DNA from: a virus | Taxonomy: Duplodnaviria; Caudoviricetes | IMG/VR virus record: IMGVR_UViG_3300021959_007005 | Strand: one strand, 5' to 3' | Length of the DNA stretch: 64,000 bases | Shown here: one piece after another, positions 54,789 through 63,291 of the stretch | Layout: every line of letters starts with the position of its first letter | Position numbering within the stretch: position 1 is the stretch's first letter | The notes under the pieces: generated by a model | What the model was told of the DNA's origin: nothing | Databases searched by the model: none | Seen by the model: only the letters and a program-made list of their open reading frames with translations | Translations under genes and position numbers: made by a program

Positions 54789-57032
54789 TTGTCTAATGAA
54801 GATAAGATTGAAAAAATCGTAAACAAGACATTTATGTTGAGTAAAGATTACCGTCACCACTATGTAACTATTGAGCATTTACTAGCTATTATTCTTGATT
54901 TAGATGAAGTGAAGGATATTGTTTCTGATTTTAGTGTAGATCCATCTGATATAAGCAGAGAAGTATACGATCATTTAGCAGATTCAGTTGATAGTTATCC
55001 AGATGCTACAGAACAAGAACCCAAAAAGACTGTCATGTTGGAGCGAGTATTCCATAGAGCATTTACGCAAGCATTGTTCAATGGCCGTAATAACTTAGAC
55101 CCCAGAGATTTACTGATTAGTATTTTATCAGAGCAACAAACGCCAAGTGCTTTTATTTTACAAAAATACGGTATTGACAGAGATGCAGTTAGTAACTATC
55201 TTCAGGATATTAATCGTATTCGAGAGCAAAATATTAATCAAGATTCATCACCAACAATTACAAAAGCTGACAAGATATTACGTAAATTTTGTGAAAATTT
55301 AAATGAATCAGCAGCTAGTGGTAAAATAGATGCTATTGTTGGTAGAGAAGAAGAATTAGCCGAAACAGTACAGACCCTTGCTCGTCGTAAAAAGAATAAT
55401 GTTGTACTTGTTGGTGATAGTGGTGTTGGCAAAACTGCCATTGCCGAAGGACTTGCTTATTTAATCAATGAAGGAAGTGTTCCTGATCTAATACAAGGAC
55501 ATATTGTTTATAGTTTAGATTTAAGTGCTTTATTAGCTGGTACTAAATTTAGAGGAGACTTTGAAGACCGACTTAAAGAAGTACTAGATGTATTAGAAAA
55601 AAGAGACGATGCTATTTTGTTTATTGATGAAATACATATGATTATGGGAGCAGGCAATAGTGGATCCGGTGCAATGGATGTTGCTAATATGTTAAAGCCA
55701 GCACTACAAAAAGGAAAGTTGCGTTGTCTTGGTAGTACAACCTATGATGAATACCGCCAACATTTTGAAAAAGATAAGGCACTTGTACGTAGATTTCACA
55801 AAGTAGACGTACCTGAGCCAAGTGTGGCAGATGCAAAGCGTATAATTAATAACAGCATATATCCATATGAAGCACACCACGAGATTGCATTTACTAAGAA
55901 CGCACTTGATGGTGCAGTAGACTTAACTGCACAATATTGGCATAATAAATTTCTTCCAGATAAAGCATTTGATGTAATTGATAGTGCGGCGGCTCGTCAA
56001 CGGTTACTTCCCAAAGACGATCGTAAGAGTATTATTGACTTAGATGAAATTAGATTTGAGGTTGCTAAACTAACAAGGATACCAATTGACCAATTAGTAT
56101 TAACCAAAGATAGTGAGTACAAAAAAGAAAAGCCTGTAGATATTGAAAAGCAATTAAATCTTAAAGTGTTTGGCCAATCAGAAGCTATCACTAAGTTAGC
56201 TGATAGTATTTACATTGCGAAAGCAGGTCTTAAAGCAGAAGATAAACCAATTGGTAGTTACTTGTTTAGTGGACCAACGGGTGTTGGTAAAACAGAAACA
56301 GCAAAGCAGCTCAGTAATACCATGGGAATGGAATTATTACGTTTTGATATGAGTGAATATCAAGAAAGACATACAGTATCAAAACTTATCGGCAGTCCTC
56401 CAGGCTACGTTGGATTTAGTGAAGGCGGTTCAGGTAGTGGTCTGTTAATTAATAAACTAGAAGAAAATCCAAATAGTATTTTACTATTAGATGAGATTGA
56501 AAAGGCTCATCCAGACGTTAGTAACGTATTGTTACAACTAATGGATAATGGAATGGTTACATCAAGTGACGGCAAAACAGTCAGTGCTAGAAATTGTATT
56601 ATTATACTTACAAGTAATTTAGGTGCTGCTGATAGCGAAAAGAACTTAATTGGCTTTGGTGCTGGAAAAAATGAGTCAGCAGCAGGTGAGGCAGTTAAAA
56701 GTTTCTTTAGTCCAGAGTTTAGAAATAGACTTGATGCAATTGTGCAATTTAAAAAATTAGACAGAACATTGATGAAAAATGTTACAGTTAAGTTTATTAC
56801 TGAACTAGAAGCAATGTTAACTCCACGGGAGATTGTACTATTATATGATGATAAAGTAATTGAATGGCTAACTGACAATGGATTCAGTGAAACAATGGGC
56901 GCAAGGCCGATGGCACGTGTCATTAATCAACAAATCAAAAAACCGCTTGCTAAAGAATTATTATTTGGTAGTGACATTAAAACAGTAACACTGGAAATAT
57001 TAGATGGCAGTATTAACATTACAACAAATTAA
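54789..57032 (+). CDS. clpA: ClpA-type AAA+ unfoldase
   Basis: Clp N-domain, GDSGVGKT, FIDEIH, GPTGVGKT, RFDMSEYQE, LLDEIEKAH, GARP. Confidence 0.92.
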   Translation: MSNEDKIEKIVNKTFMLSKDYRHHYVTIEHLLAIILDLDEVKDIVSDFSVDPSDISREVYDHLADSVDSYPDATEQEPKKTVMLERVFHRAFTQALFNGRNNLDPRDLLISILSEQQTPSAFILQKYGIDRDAVSNYLQDINRIREQNINQDSSPTITKADKILRKFCENLNESAASGKIDAIVGREEELAETVQTLARRKKNNVVLVGDSGVGKTAIAEGLAYLINEGSVPDLIQGHIVYSLDLSALLAGTKFRGDFEDRLKEVLDVLEKRDDAILFIDEIHMIMGAGNSGSGAMDVANMLKPALQKGKLRCLGSTTYDEYRQHFEKDKALVRRFHKVDVPEPSVADAKRIINNSIYPYEAHHEIAFTKNALDGAVDLTAQYWHNKFLPDKAFDVIDSAAARQRLLPKDDRKSIIDLDEIRFEVAKLTRIPIDQLVLTKDSEYKKEKPVDIEKQLNLKVFGQSEAITKLADSIYIAKAGLKAEDKPIGSYLFSGPTGVGKTETAKQLSNTMGMELLRFDMSEYQERHTVSKLIGSPPGYVGFSEGGSGSGLLINKLEENPNSILLLDEIEKAHPDVSNVLLQLMDNGMVTSSDGKTVSARNCIIILTSNLGAADSEKNLIGFGAGKNESAAGEAVKSFFSPEFRNRLDAIVQFKKLDRTLMKNVTVKFITELEAMLTPREIVLLYDDKVIEWLTDNGFSETMGARPMARVINQQIKKPLAKELLFGSDIKTVTLEILDGSINITTN

Positions 57033-57681
57033 AAATTTACCAGAATTTACCTATGCTACTGGAATATATTATAAAAAGTTTCCTTGGCGTATTCAGTTTT
57101 GGCAACCAGAGTTCTTTAGACGTGGATTTTATAAAGATCTAGAGCATGAGAATGCATGGAGAACTTGTATGATACGTAATATGGACATCAACTCACTTTT
57201 AAAAAATCAATTAGGATATGAACGTTGGAAGGTTAGGCGAGACAGAAAGTTTTTTGTATATCTGACTGAACATAATTTAATATCTAAATTAGTAGATCGT
57301 TGGGGTGAAGATATATTGCAAATACAAGGGCCTATTAACCAAAAACATCAAGAGCTTATGATTGATAATTTAGACTTGGTAACAAAAAAAGAACTTTGGT
57401 ATAATAAATTTAGATATAAGGTTAGCTTTACTAGACATGGTAGACAACCACTCGACATACTGTCTGAAATTTTTGAGTTTGTTGATGAAACATTTGACGC
57501 AAATAATTATCAGATGAATCATATTATGAAGCGGTCTATTAGGCACAAGACAATGCACGATCCTTATACTAACACTGGTACTATATTTTTAAAAGAATAT
57601 GATGATGTTGCCACATTGCATCTGATGTTTAAGAAACACATAACATCAACCAAAAAATGTGTTCTAATAAATGAACTGTAA
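57004..57681 (+). CDS. Hypothetical protein
   Basis: 225-aa ORF overlapping clpA end. Confidence 0.6.
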   Translation: MAVLTLQQIKNLPEFTYATGIYYKKFPWRIQFWQPEFFRRGFYKDLEHENAWRTCMIRNMDINSLLKNQLGYERWKVRRDRKFFVYLTEHNLISKLVDRWGEDILQIQGPINQKHQELMIDNLDLVTKKELWYNKFRYKVSFTRHGRQPLDILSEIFEFVDETFDANNYQMNHIMKRSIRHKTMHDPYTNTGTIFLKEYDDVATLHLMFKKHITSTKKCVLINEL

Positions 57682-57712
57682 TAAATACATGTAACTAATA
57701 GGATATTGTGCT

Positions 57713-57883
57713 ATGGCAAAGATGAATGAAGATATGGTCGTTATTAAAGTAAGCGAACTAATTCGAGACGATCAATCAGCATCAGAGATACTTAACGGAG
57801 AAATAATCTCCACTATAGAAGAAGCAGTACAAGCTCTAGTCGGCGCTGGTAAATTAGTGGAGATTATTAAAGATGAAAGCTAA
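57713..57883 (+). CDS. 56-aa late protein (not in ORF track)
   Basis: TAAATA at 57682; VVIKVSELIRDD. Confidence 0.6.
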   Translation: MAKMNEDMVVIKVSELIRDDQSASEILNGEIISTIEEAVQALVGAGKLVEIIKDES

Positions 57884-58199
57884 AGAATTTACAATTAACG
57901 TACCAATTAATATTAAGATTAATGGTGACGGCGATCCTGAAATTGATATGGGACAAAATGATGATGGTTATGAAAAGTCTGATGGACTTGACCCAGATCC
58001 ATTAATGGTTCCACCATTACAGCAAAACTTAGAACTTAAAAAAGCTGCATTAGGTAAAGATAGTGAAGCAATTGATAAAATTACATCTGATGATATCCCA
58101 TCAGATGAACAAGAACAAATTGATAATGACAGTATGGATAATTTTCGCAAGGCGTTGGGTTTAGTACAGGATGGTGGCAACGGCGCAGAGGTGGAATAA
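57873..58199 (+). CDS. Acidic hypothetical protein
   Basis: MVPPLQQNLELKK. Confidence 0.6.
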   Translation: MKAKEFTINVPINIKINGDGDPEIDMGQNDDGYEKSDGLDPDPLMVPPLQQNLELKKAALGKDSEAIDKITSDDIPSDEQEQIDNDSMDNFRKALGLVQDGGNGAEVE

Positions 58200-58865
58200 A
58201 TGTCTGTTCAAAAATTAGTTACTAGTCTTAATAAAAAACTTGATGGTCCTGATTATGTAGGCGAAAAGAATAGACTATTTTTTGATCTTGCAACTAGATC
58301 ATTTAGACTCAGTGACGGCGTGACACCAGGCGGTATAGTATTACAAGGCGGTGGTGGCGGAGGCGGTGGTGGTTTAACTGGTATTACTGATTTTGCAACT
58401 AGCAGTGTTGTTGAGCTTACTGATACTCAAATAACAATTACAGGTGCTGCACTATTAGAATCTGACGAGACTATTGATCCTGTTACAAAATATGAATATG
58501 TGTTATACGGCACAACAGTTAATAACACAGTATCAGAACTTTATAGAGATTCACTCAATAATAAAATTATCTTAGATAATAATACAACTTATTTTTATGA
58601 AATTGATGTAATAGGCAGAGGTAATGCAGGAACTAATCATGCCGCCATACAATTTACTGGTGCAATCAATGTTGACAATTATGGTAGTATGAGTAAAATT
58701 AATGAACAAAAAACTACTATTTCATCTGGACCAGGATTTGATTTAGATGCTATAATCGGCCTAACCTCTAATGATACTTCACTAAATGTTTCAGGCAGTG
58801 GAAGAGCTTCAAGTACTATTAGATGGACGGCACTTGTAAAATTAATTGAAGTTAAACAGATTTAA
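58200..58865 (+). CDS. Virion fibre/structural protein, Mtd-N-like N-terminus with poly-Gly hinge
   Basis: GEKNRLFFD...LSDGVTPGG, GGGGGGGGG. Confidence 0.6.
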   Translation: MSVQKLVTSLNKKLDGPDYVGEKNRLFFDLATRSFRLSDGVTPGGIVLQGGGGGGGGGLTGITDFATSSVVELTDTQITITGAALLESDETIDPVTKYEYVLYGTTVNNTVSELYRDSLNNKIILDNNTTYFYEIDVIGRGNAGTNHAAIQFTGAINVDNYGSMSKINEQKTTISSGPGFDLDAIIGLTSNDTSLNVSGSGRASSTIRWTALVKLIEVKQI

Positions 58866-58935
58866 ACACATAAAATAGATAAATAAATATATAGGTACAC
58901 AATATAGTGTAATGAATTTTTAGAGGAGACCAGAA

Positions 58936-59190
58936 ATGGCTTTAACAACAAACGCAGCAACCAAAGCAGGCAACGGCTTAGGTTCAGTAACACAAATCGT
59001 TTCAGCAGCACCATCAGATCAAGCGGCATTAGATGCATTTGAAAAAGCAGTAGGCGCAGCAGGACACACAATTGCAGGCGTCGACGGCGCACACGGCGGA
59101 ACAATGCACTTTGCAATCCAAGGTGGCGGTGCAGTAGCTAACCCAACAGGCGCAGAAGCAACAGCAATTGTTGCAACATTTGAAGACTAA
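58936..59190 (+). CDS. Small Ala/Gly-rich late (likely virion) protein
   Basis: TAAATA, GAGGAG RBS, own terminator at about 59211-59238. Confidence 0.65.
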   Translation: MALTTNAATKAGNGLGSVTQIVSAAPSDQAALDAFEKAVGAAGHTIAGVDGAHGGTMHFAIQGGGAVANPTGAEATAIVATFED

Positions 59191-59274
59191 GTTTTAGTAA
59201 TACTAAAATAAAAGCAGTGTTTCGGCACTGCTTTTTTTATGACTAAATACAGGTAGAGTATATAGGAGATTAAA

Positions 59275-59622
59275 ATGGTAGCAAGAGCAACAAACAATTT
59301 AAATGCATTTAGCCACACAAATGGAATTGCCGAAGATGTAGAAATGTTTACAATTGATGGTGGTGCAACACTGGCAAATGAAACTAATCCAGGCGAAGCT
59401 ATGGACGCAATTACAAGATGTATTGAAGAATTTTCAAATATTATTGCAGTAGGAGTAGAAGATACTGCTGGTGCATTTCGTATTATGTTACATGGTGGTA
59501 AATGGAAAGCGGCGACATTACAGGACGCACTAAGGGTATTAGGACCAACAGCAAACGGACTAAACGTTGGATCAAATAATTATGACTTATCAGGTGCAAC
59601 AGTAGTCGATTTTGAATTCTAA
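59275..59622 (+). CDS. Late (likely virion) protein
   Basis: TAAATA at 59244, AGGAG RBS, terminator at about 59646-59672. Confidence 0.65.
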   Translation: MVARATNNLNAFSHTNGIAEDVEMFTIDGGATLANETNPGEAMDAITRCIEEFSNIIAVGVEDTAGAFRIMLHGGKWKAATLQDALRVLGPTANGLNVGSNNYDLSGATVVDFEF

Positions 59623-59693
59623 ATTATAAAGAATATCCCCAGAAGAAGGCGCATTTCGATGCGTCTTTTTTTATGATTTCTTACAATTAAGTG

Positions 59694-59720
59694 TTGACAC
59701 CAAGACGTATTGGTGCTATA
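59694..59720 (+). promoter_or_regulatory. Palindrome-spacer promoter
   Basis: TTGACACCAAGACGTATTGGTGCTATA. Confidence 0.8.
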
Positions 59721-59761
59721 TGTAGTACATAGAAAACAACATAACAAAGAAGGAAGACAAA

Positions 59762-60106
59762 ATGCAAACTCAGTTAAGCACAGCAGAAACCGGATTTGGA
59801 ATTTGGAACCGTTACGTTAATAAGTCAGGCTCTAATAAATCAATACGTTTTAGCTTTGAGCGTGAAACTCAAAACGGTGAGTGGGCATATGATCTTCCAA
59901 TTTGGAATATCAAATATACAGAAGATGGCTTTCATTATACTACAGTTGGTTGTGTTACAGCGTTTCCAGGAGATGGTGTACAAGCTACTATAAGAGGTTA
60001 TGATACGGTCAAAGGTGTAGATCCGTTTACAGTGTTTGAAGATGCAGTTGAAGCCGCCGCAGATTTTGATTTAGAAGAGTTTTATAGAGCAAAAGAAAGT
60101 GATTGA
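59762..60106 (+). CDS. Early hypothetical protein
   Basis: Stop codon lies inside the next TTGACA. Confidence 0.6.
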   Translation: MQTQLSTAETGFGIWNRYVNKSGSNKSIRFSFERETQNGEWAYDLPIWNIKYTEDGFHYTTVGCVTAFPGDGVQATIRGYDTVKGVDPFTVFEDAVEAAADFDLEEFYRAKESD

Positions 60107-60129
60107 CACCAAGACGTCTTGGTGCTATG
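60103..60129 (+). promoter_or_regulatory. Palindrome-spacer promoter (perfect palindrome 60107-60124)
   Basis: TTGACACCAAGACGTCTTGGTGCTATG. Confidence 0.8.
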
Positions 60130-60163
60130 GTATGTGTATAAGTTAAACAAAAAGGAACACACA

Positions 60164-60493
60164 ATGAGCTATATGATCAATAAATTCAATAACGGTGAAG
60201 TTAAAATGCAAAATGGCGCCGCAGGTTGGTTGTTTGATAGTGGTGAGTTTCGTCCGCTTATGGCAGATGCAATGGCAGAGCTTTTAGAAGCAGGACTTGT
60301 AGATACCGCTATTGTTAATGCAACTGCAGATGCCCGTAAAGAGCATCTTAAAGAAATATTTGCAGAATATAGAACAGCACAAGCAAATCGCAGTCCAGAA
60401 CAAATTGCAGAAGAACGTATGATGGCAGCTGGTGCAATGGGACCAGGTGTTGATATGGTAAATATATTCACAGGTGAAACTTACACTACATAA
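60164..60493 (+). CDS. Early hypothetical protein
   Basis: AAGGA RBS; start re-called. Confidence 0.6.
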   Translation: MSYMINKFNNGEVKMQNGAAGWLFDSGEFRPLMADAMAELLEAGLVDTAIVNATADARKEHLKEIFAEYRTAQANRSPEQIAEERMMAAGAMGPGVDMVNIFTGETYTT

Positions 60494-60504
60494 GGATTAA
60501 TAAA

Positions 60505-60768
60505 ATGAAACGTAATTATAGAACAGCATTCAATGCACTGAAGAAAATGGGGGTGCCAGTAATCGAAGGCGGTTATAATGGCGAAGATACATTTCGTATT
60601 AGCGGTGAAGATAACGATACAGTTGTTTGGGCCGACTACTATGGTGAGTACATGAATGAGCCAGAATACTTGTTTGGTGTTAAGCGTGAAATTAATGATG
60701 TGCTGGACACATGTGGATTGTTTGCAGAGTGGATTAATCCAGGTGTGTTAGGTGTGTGCGAAGCATAA
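60505..60768 (+). CDS. Hypothetical protein
   Basis: FRISGE...WADYY...FAEWINPG. Confidence 0.6.
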   Translation: MKRNYRTAFNALKKMGVPVIEGGYNGEDTFRISGEDNDTVVWADYYGEYMNEPEYLFGVKREINDVLDTCGLFAEWINPGVLGVCEA

Positions 60769-60794
60769 ATATTGTTAATACAAAGGACAATGTT

Positions 60795-61037
60795 ATGAAC
60801 GAATTAGATTTATTAAAACGCAATGCTGGTATCTCAGAAGATTCGCAAATGATTCAAGTTAGAGTAATAAACAGTGGATTCGGATCTGATCGAGGTATGA
60901 TGGATGCACAGATTATTAGTCAAGAATTAGACCATAGAATGATGCCTATTCTCAAAGTTAAAATTAAAGATGTTAATATGGGTGACCCTGTTGTTGCGGA
61001 TTTCCGTGACGGTGGATGGGTTGTGGACATGGACTAA
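60795..61037 (+). CDS. Late protein with LKRNAGI N-terminal motif
   Basis: TAAATA at 60766; start re-called. Confidence 0.6.
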   Translation: MNELDLLKRNAGISEDSQMIQVRVINSGFGSDRGMMDAQIISQELDHRMMPILKVKIKDVNMGDPVVADFRDGGWVVDMD

Positions 61038-61595
61038 ATGCAAGATTTTTATATACTACAAAGAACAGATAAGCCACTTAATGCTGAAGTAATTCAGCGT
61101 TGGTACTTAACTGTTGACATGCTTACACCAGAAGATGTTATTATGAGTGATGACGAAACTAATAGTTTTGTTATGGCTACACAAGCTGATTCGTATTTGT
61201 ACTTAATACCGCTAGTAAGACATCTTACTGCTAACGAAGCAGAAGTAATTGTTGAAGGGTATATGAGAATTGCAGATCATGATTTTCAAATAGAATCAAG
61301 TAACGTATATCGTGTAGATGCAGACTTTGGTCATCCTTTTGATTATGACATTGATTTAGACGAAGGTGCTCGTAGTATATTAGAAGATACATATTCAAGA
61401 CAGCAACATAATGCTTGGATACAAGACAAGCAACACAAAGGCTGGCGCTACGGGTTAAATTTAAGTATGCAAGAAAAAACTCATCCAGCAATGCGTCCCT
61501 GGGACGATTTACCAGAGTCTTACAGAAAACAGCCAAGTGCAGATAATAAACAACTAGTTGATTTTTATGCTAGTAATGTAAGCAAATTTAAATAA
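61038..61595 (+). CDS. Protein with C-terminal RyR domain
   Basis: HNAWIQDKQHKGWRYG...KTHPAMRPWDDLPE. Confidence 0.75.
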   Translation: MQDFYILQRTDKPLNAEVIQRWYLTVDMLTPEDVIMSDDETNSFVMATQADSYLYLIPLVRHLTANEAEVIVEGYMRIADHDFQIESSNVYRVDADFGHPFDYDIDLDEGARSILEDTYSRQQHNAWIQDKQHKGWRYGLNLSMQEKTHPAMRPWDDLPESYRKQPSADNKQLVDFYASNVSKFK

Positions 61596-61605
61596 CAATC
61601 TCCAC

Positions 61606-61703
61606 TAAATACGTGTGTCCAATAGTACTCATGAGAGGACTTATGCTGCACCACAGCGTAGCCCATAGAACGGGCGTAGGACTTCTTTTTAAGGAGAAAA
61701 CAA
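61606..61703 (+). promoter_or_regulatory. Late promoter plus structured leader, copy 1
   Basis: Near-identical to 62084-62182, with covarying stem. Confidence 0.8.
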
Positions 61704-62075
61704 ATGGGAAGACCACTAAACAAAAGACACTTTGGCAATCCAGGTAATGATGGGTTCCAGATCAGGGTAACAGCAGACGTAGGTGCTGGCGCAAGCGCAG
61801 GTCATATTGTAAAGCAAACAGGCAGCAAGCGTTTTCTATGTGATGTAGGCGGAAGTGAAGCAGTTTGTTCATTAGGAGCAGGCGCACCAGGCGTAGGCGA
61901 AGTGAGAATTAACGTAACAGACAGTGCAGCAGGTACTTATGATGTTACTAAAATCTCAGGTAGAACATGTACAGTTAAACCACAGACAGGTACACAATTT
62001 GCTCAAGGCGATAAAGTTCCTTGGAACAAAATTGGCGCCGTGGTTAATGAAAGTGTTGTAATCGACTTTCTATAA
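61704..62075 (+). CDS. MGRPLNKR-family late protein, paralogue 1
   Basis: Shares KQ.GSKRFL and V.KISGRTCTV...GTQFA with paralogue 2. Confidence 0.75.
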   Translation: MGRPLNKRHFGNPGNDGFQIRVTADVGAGASAGHIVKQTGSKRFLCDVGGSEAVCSLGAGAPGVGEVRINVTDSAAGTYDVTKISGRTCTVKPQTGTQFAQGDKVPWNKIGAVVNESVVIDFL

Positions 62076-62083
62076 TTGCAGCA

Positions 62084-62182
62084 TAAATACGTATGTCCAA
62101 TAGTACTCATGAGAGGACTTATGCTGTACCCACAGCGTAGCGACTAGAACTCGCATAGGACTTCTTTTTAAGGAGAAAACAA
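62084..62182 (+). promoter_or_regulatory. Late promoter plus structured leader, copy 2
   Basis: See copy 1. Confidence 0.8.
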
Positions 62183-62572
62183 ATGGGAAGACCACTAAAC
62201 AAGAGAAATTTCGGCGCACGAGCAGACGCTGGTGCCCAAATTGCACCAGCCGCATACACTACCCAACTATTTGGTAATGCTCATATAATCAAGCAAAAAG
62301 GTAGTAAGCGTTTTCTAGTAGCAACTGCGCTGTCTGGGGTCGATCAACCAGACCAAATTTGCAAACTAGTAACGGATGTACCAGCTGCTACTGGTGAAAT
62401 GGTTATCAAATGTAAAGATAGTGTGAACGGAACTTACTTTGTAAGTAAAATTTCTGGTAGAACTTGCACAGTAGTAGCAGATTCAGGAACACAGTTTGCA
62501 TCAAAAACAAAAGTACAGTGGAACCTCAGTGCCGCTGAAGCTGGCGTATCAGTTATACTAGACCTAGCATAA
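62183..62572 (+). CDS. MGRPLNKR-family late protein, paralogue 2
   Basis: See paralogue 1. Confidence 0.75.
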   Translation: MGRPLNKRNFGARADAGAQIAPAAYTTQLFGNAHIIKQKGSKRFLVATALSGVDQPDQICKLVTDVPAATGEMVIKCKDSVNGTYFVSKISGRTCTVVADSGTQFASKTKVQWNLSAAEAGVSVILDLA

Positions 62573-62590
62573 TAAAATTATAAAACTCTT

Positions 62591-62637
62591 CCCTTAGTAA
62601 ACACATAAATACTTTAAAGTTTACTAAGGGTTTTTTT
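62591..62637 (+). terminator. Terminator whose loop contains a TAAATA late-promoter motif
   Basis: CCCTTAGTAAAC-N16-GTTTACTAAGGG-T7. Confidence 0.7.
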
Positions 62638-62686
62638 ATGGAAGATCCAAACTAATGAGAATAAATACATTTGATAGGAAGTTAAT

Positions 62687-63289
62687 ATGGATAACATGAG
62701 AAATTTAATTAATTTAGTAGAGGGCCGTATTGAAGGCAATCCAGAAGTTAGTTACACAGATAGCGAAGGTGCATCTGCTACCAAAGTTGTAGCACAATTA
62801 AACAGTTATAAAAGCGGCGTGTATACTAAGTTAGCTATGAAATTAACAAGGCTAGAAGAAATTAAACAAGAAGCTAAAGAACTAACTGCTGAAATTAAGC
62901 AACAATCAAGAGAAAATGTTGCAGATTTATTTGATGCAGAAGATGCAGCAAGTACGAGAGTTGTAGACACATTACAATTTATTTTTACTATGACTAAAGA
63001 TCCAAAAGCAACTGAAAGTCCACAATATAAAAAGATACTAGAAACACTCGAAAAACAATTTACACCAGAGTTAACAGAAGTATATACTAGATTAAAATCA
63101 GAAATGGTTACAGTAACACAAAAAGCACCAGCCTTAAAAGTTGCAAAAAAAGAAGAATCAATACAAGAAATGTTAAATCTACGTGAGGGCATTGCTTCTA
63201 TGTTTACTAAAATTAAAAATGCAGTTATGAGATGGGGACAAAAATATGACGCCAAACTTGATGCATTAAAGGCACAAGTAGGGATGTAA
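62687..63289 (+). CDS. Late hypothetical protein
   Basis: TAAATA at 62662; MDNMRNLINLVEG. Confidence 0.65.
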   Translation: MDNMRNLINLVEGRIEGNPEVSYTDSEGASATKVVAQLNSYKSGVYTKLAMKLTRLEEIKQEAKELTAEIKQQSRENVADLFDAEDAASTRVVDTLQFIFTMTKDPKATESPQYKKILETLEKQFTPELTEVYTRLKSEMVTVTQKAPALKVAKKEESIQEMLNLREGIASMFTKIKNAVMRWGQKYDAKLDALKAQVGM

Positions 63290-63291
63290 TA

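Noticed and set aside
40217-60129. Palindromic repeats as a CRISPR array or IS ends
   Set aside because: They are dispersed over 20 kb, always fused to TTGAC and an RBS, with no regular spacers, cas genes or transposase.
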